Source: Azolla caroliniana (lineage: Eukaryota; Plantae; Polypodiophyta). From it: a stretch of 64,000 nucleotides of DNA. The stretch is taken from assembly GCA_043228905.1 (NCBI GenBank), contig JBHGNT010000003.1, positions 12,276,001 through 12,340,000 on the forward strand. The letters run 5' to 3'. Positions 61,017 through 64,000 of this stretch are shown piece after piece; within the stretch, counting starts at the first letter, position 1, and the number at the start of each line of letters is the position of its first letter. The position numbers and the translations under genes are program-made. The notes beneath the pieces are model-generated. The model ran no database searches, was not told where the DNA came from, and was given only the letters and a program-made list of their open reading frames with translations.

Positions 61017-63339
61017 AGGGGGAGTTTGTTAGGAAACATGTTCCTCCGGATGGGAAGTGAGAAGATCAGTACTGATGAGCAAAATAGGCCGAGGCCGAAA
61101 CTGGATGTGGAAGACCCGGCTACGGAAGACCCAGTGAGAACCGGATGACAAGTACCCGGCAATGGAAGACCCGGTGAGAACCGGATGACCAGTACCCGGC
61201 AAGAGCCGGATGGTGAAGACCCGGTGAGAACCGAATGTGGTGTACCCGACAAGCGCCGGATGAGGAGTACCCGGCTACGGAGGACCTGGTGAGAATCGGA
61301 TGAGGAGTACCCGGCAAAAGCCAGATGGTGAAGGCCCGATGAGAAGTGCTCACCGGATGAAGGGACATATTTGTAAATATGTTTCTGAGAGTCCATCAGG
61401 GCTAGATTTGTAAATAGCCGAAAAGTCATATTAGTATAAATATGACTTAGGGCAAACCCTTGTTGTGAGTGGTTGTCATTCTTGTTGGCACAAGACTAGA
61501 GAGCGCGTAACAGTGTACAGAGAGAGAGAGAGAGGAAGAGGTCATTGCCTCTGTTGTAACCGCCGCCTGTGGCAAAGATCGTGAGCATGAGGTCGTTGCC
61601 TTCGTGAGATCACTGTTGTAATCATTGTGATATAGTGATAGTTAGCAGTCAGTGGACTGCCGTGGTTTTTCCCTCTCAGGGTTTTCCACGTTAAACATCA
61701 TGTGTACTCTTCTCTCCTTTGTGTCGTGCGTTCATTATCCGTTTTCTGTGTTTGATCTTAGACTCGGCTATGGCCGAGCGTTGTTCATCGGGAGCGTGTA
61801 GTTCCTGTCACAAAGTAACAACTTCCACCGATACGCACATTCTGCACCGGTTCCCATACATCCGAATGTATTTAATCAAGCTTGTTTTGGCTCCAATTTC
61901 TTTCATTTGGAAACCGAATTCGGTGATGCTTCTCTAACTGGCAGGCTTCATAGACTTGGCCCTTTCGGCAAGCTGAAAACGATGTTTTTCGTCTGCATAT
62001 CCCGAAGCCAAGGGAAGTTGATGTGGCCGAACCACTTGTGTCACAAGTCCATGTTCGATTCGACTTTTTCCCCCTTATCGAACATAGTGGTGCCGACGTC
62101 ATTTGTTTCGAGGATAAACATCCTCCCTTCTCGGAGCTTTTAAGAGATGATCTTGCCTTCTTCTTCGATGAAGCACCCGAGATGAGTAAATCTAACGTGC
62201 ATGACTTGGTCAACAATTCGTCCGATCAACACCAAGTTCTTGTTGATTGTCACCACATGCAAGACATTCCTCATAATTCGCTTCTGGCCGACCTGGCTCA
62301 GAGGGACATCTCCGATGTGTTCGATGGGGTGAGGGGTGTAAGCACCGGTTTCGACGACCCCCGGCTCCTCCGACATTTCCAGAAGTCGAGCACCACTCCT
62401 TGTTAATCGTCATGTGGTTTGATGCGCCTGAATCCACATACCACCCCTTATTCGACTTTGAGTTGTTCATCGCCATTGAGTTGGCTTTGTGGTTCACCAC
62501 CAAGGTTAGGCCCAATCCATTTCTGGCTCCTCCTGAGCCCTCGGCGTAGTGTGACCTTTGATGTCTCTCTGCATCCCCTCACCTCGATTCAGCTATGTCC
62601 GAAACGGCTCACTTTTTCCAGCACTTACTCTCTATGTGGCCCTTCCGGCCACAATACCAACAGTTTGACGTGGCTTTTTCTTGCCGACCTTCAGCATCGC
62701 CTTGACTCTCCCTAACCTTGGAGGGTCTGGAACTGTTGTCGCATTTTGATTATGCCTCAAGTTTTGCTCCTGTCGGCCACTTCCATAACGTGCCGACCTA
62801 CCTCTGTGTACAACATCTTGATGTTGGTGTGCGTACTCGTCGACACACCAGAGTGGTTTTATTCTACAAGCAACATTGATTGTAGCTCGAAAAACGAAGG
62901 TGTATTCTCCCTCGTGCAGACTACCACTCGGAGTGCTCTGAACTTTGACAGCAACCCTTGGAGGCAAACCTGCACCATTTCGTCATCCCCGACGTAGGCG
63001 AGGGAGTTAGAGATCTCCTTGAGCTTGGAGGTGTACTCAGCCACCAGCATGTCTCTTTGGTGGACGTTGGTCACCTCGTGTCTAAGCTGAAGCTTTTTAG
63101 GCAATGGTGCTCGCGGCGAAAATCTTCTTCAGATTTCCTCAAGCATCCTTGTGTGTAACTCAAAGCTTATCGCGAATGTAACTCAAAGCTTATCGCTCAC
63201 CAAGGATGCGAAGTAGTCGAGAACTCTGCTTGCCACCTATTCCCGGGCTGGGAAATCTCTGTGTGTCAACTCAGGTGCTACATCATTAGCAATTTAGGTC
63301 CTTCGACATAACTGTTGTAACTGTTCCCAAGCAGGTACT

Positions 63340-63582
63340 AGTCCATCAATACTTGAATGCTCATAAATGAGCTTGATACTAATTCGGCCTATAATATTCC
63401 TATTTATTATAATAGGAATATAGGCCTTTGACGACCTTTTTTGGATTTCATCCGATTTGGCACATCCGAATCAAACTCTATTCGATTCGGCTCTTCGGTT
63501 TTTGGTTCTTCGCTCTCAAATCTCGGCTCTCGGCTCTCGGCTCTTTAGCCGAATCGGCCCAAGTTGAGCTTGTCTCTCAACA
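63340..63582 (-). repeat. Partial family-X LTR
   Basis: Similar to the reconstituted 5630-5708 plus 10812-10912 sequence; ends TCTCAACA. Confidence 0.55.
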
Positions 63583-64000
63583 TCGATGTCGAATCTACAT
63601 TGCAAACCTTAGCGGCAAGAGCAAAGGATTCGACCGCCTTTTCGGCATTAGAATCAGAATCGGACAACGACAGAATGACGAGAGGAGTGCCAAGTCCAAT
63701 TATCTTTCTAGTCATGGCACAACGGAGGAGCCAAAAGAGGAGGTGTTAGAATCGAAAACGCTAGTAGATTCGGATATTAAGAAACCAACACCACCAGCGG
63801 GATCGGGGACAGAGATACCAACACCATCGGTAGCAGAAGAAATTCCGCCACAAACACCACTGCCCACGATACAACGTGTTGACGAAGAGGACACTATGCC
63901 ATTTCCTTACCCGAAATATAATGAAGAACCAAACGCAAAAGCCCATGTAAGAGAATTCCTAATGAAATGGAAAGTAAATCATGTCTCACAATGACTTTTA
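63583..64000 (+). pseudogene. Start of gag of another G2-like gypsy
   Basis: ALESESD..MPFPYPKYNEEPNAKAHVREFLMKWKVNHVSQ matches G2 and G1 gag. Confidence 0.8.

Larger units (their letters stand above)
56196..61810 (+). mobile_element. Copia E, full-length degraded element
   Basis: 784-bp LTRs 56196-56979 and 61027-61810; TSD CAAAG/CAAAG; PBS 56983-56994; PPT ~61015-61024. Confidence 0.96.
55912..63310 (-). mobile_element. Copia D, an older degraded element of a different copia family, interrupted by copia E
   Basis: IKCLRSDGGKEY (~56060-56105), FVSFIDDY split by the CAAAG TSD, GWYVDSGASNHMT (~62410-62450), gag 62859-63104. Confidence 0.8.

Noticed and set aside
61072-61105. Hammerhead ribozyme-like CTGATGAG...CGAAAC in copia E LTRs
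   Set aside because: Stem II does not pair beyond one base pair, there is no room for stem I between GTA and CTGATGA, and the 5' LTR copy loses the C before GAAA.
63155-63200. 23-bp tandem duplication GTAACTCAAAGCTTATCGC
   Set aside because: Ordinary local slippage or repair duplication in a dead gag.

Overview
Plant-type heterochromatic window made almost entirely of nested LTR retrotransposons; I found no host gene. Resolved elements: a chromovirus 3' end (1-1207); five related Tnt1/Tork-like Ty1/copia elements (A 5709-10806, B 11852-26589, C ~27165-55911, F 40042-45363 which is nearly intact, E 56196-61810); an older copia (D, ~55912-63310); and a non-chromovirus Ty3/gypsy group with three full-length copies (G1a 14148-23485, G1b 33089-47804, G2 27285-52047) plus fragments (G3 ~11400-27165, 2370-3337, 63583-64000). 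The most unusual system is this gypsy group. (i) It has no polypurine tract: 2 nt before the 3' LTR it carries a conserved tRNA-3'-end-like motif (..CGTGCCA), an inverted PBS that suggests tRNA-primed plus-strand synthesis. (ii) It encodes a sense-strand ~850-1050 aa accessory ORF after integrase, with its own TATA box, conserved N- and C-terminal domains and a long coiled coil. Also notable are a capsid-swapped copia and LTR TATA boxes enclosed by inverted repeats in unrelated families. Coordinates and mismatch counts were read by eye; lineage and tRNA assignments are from recalled family knowledge and need database confirmation.
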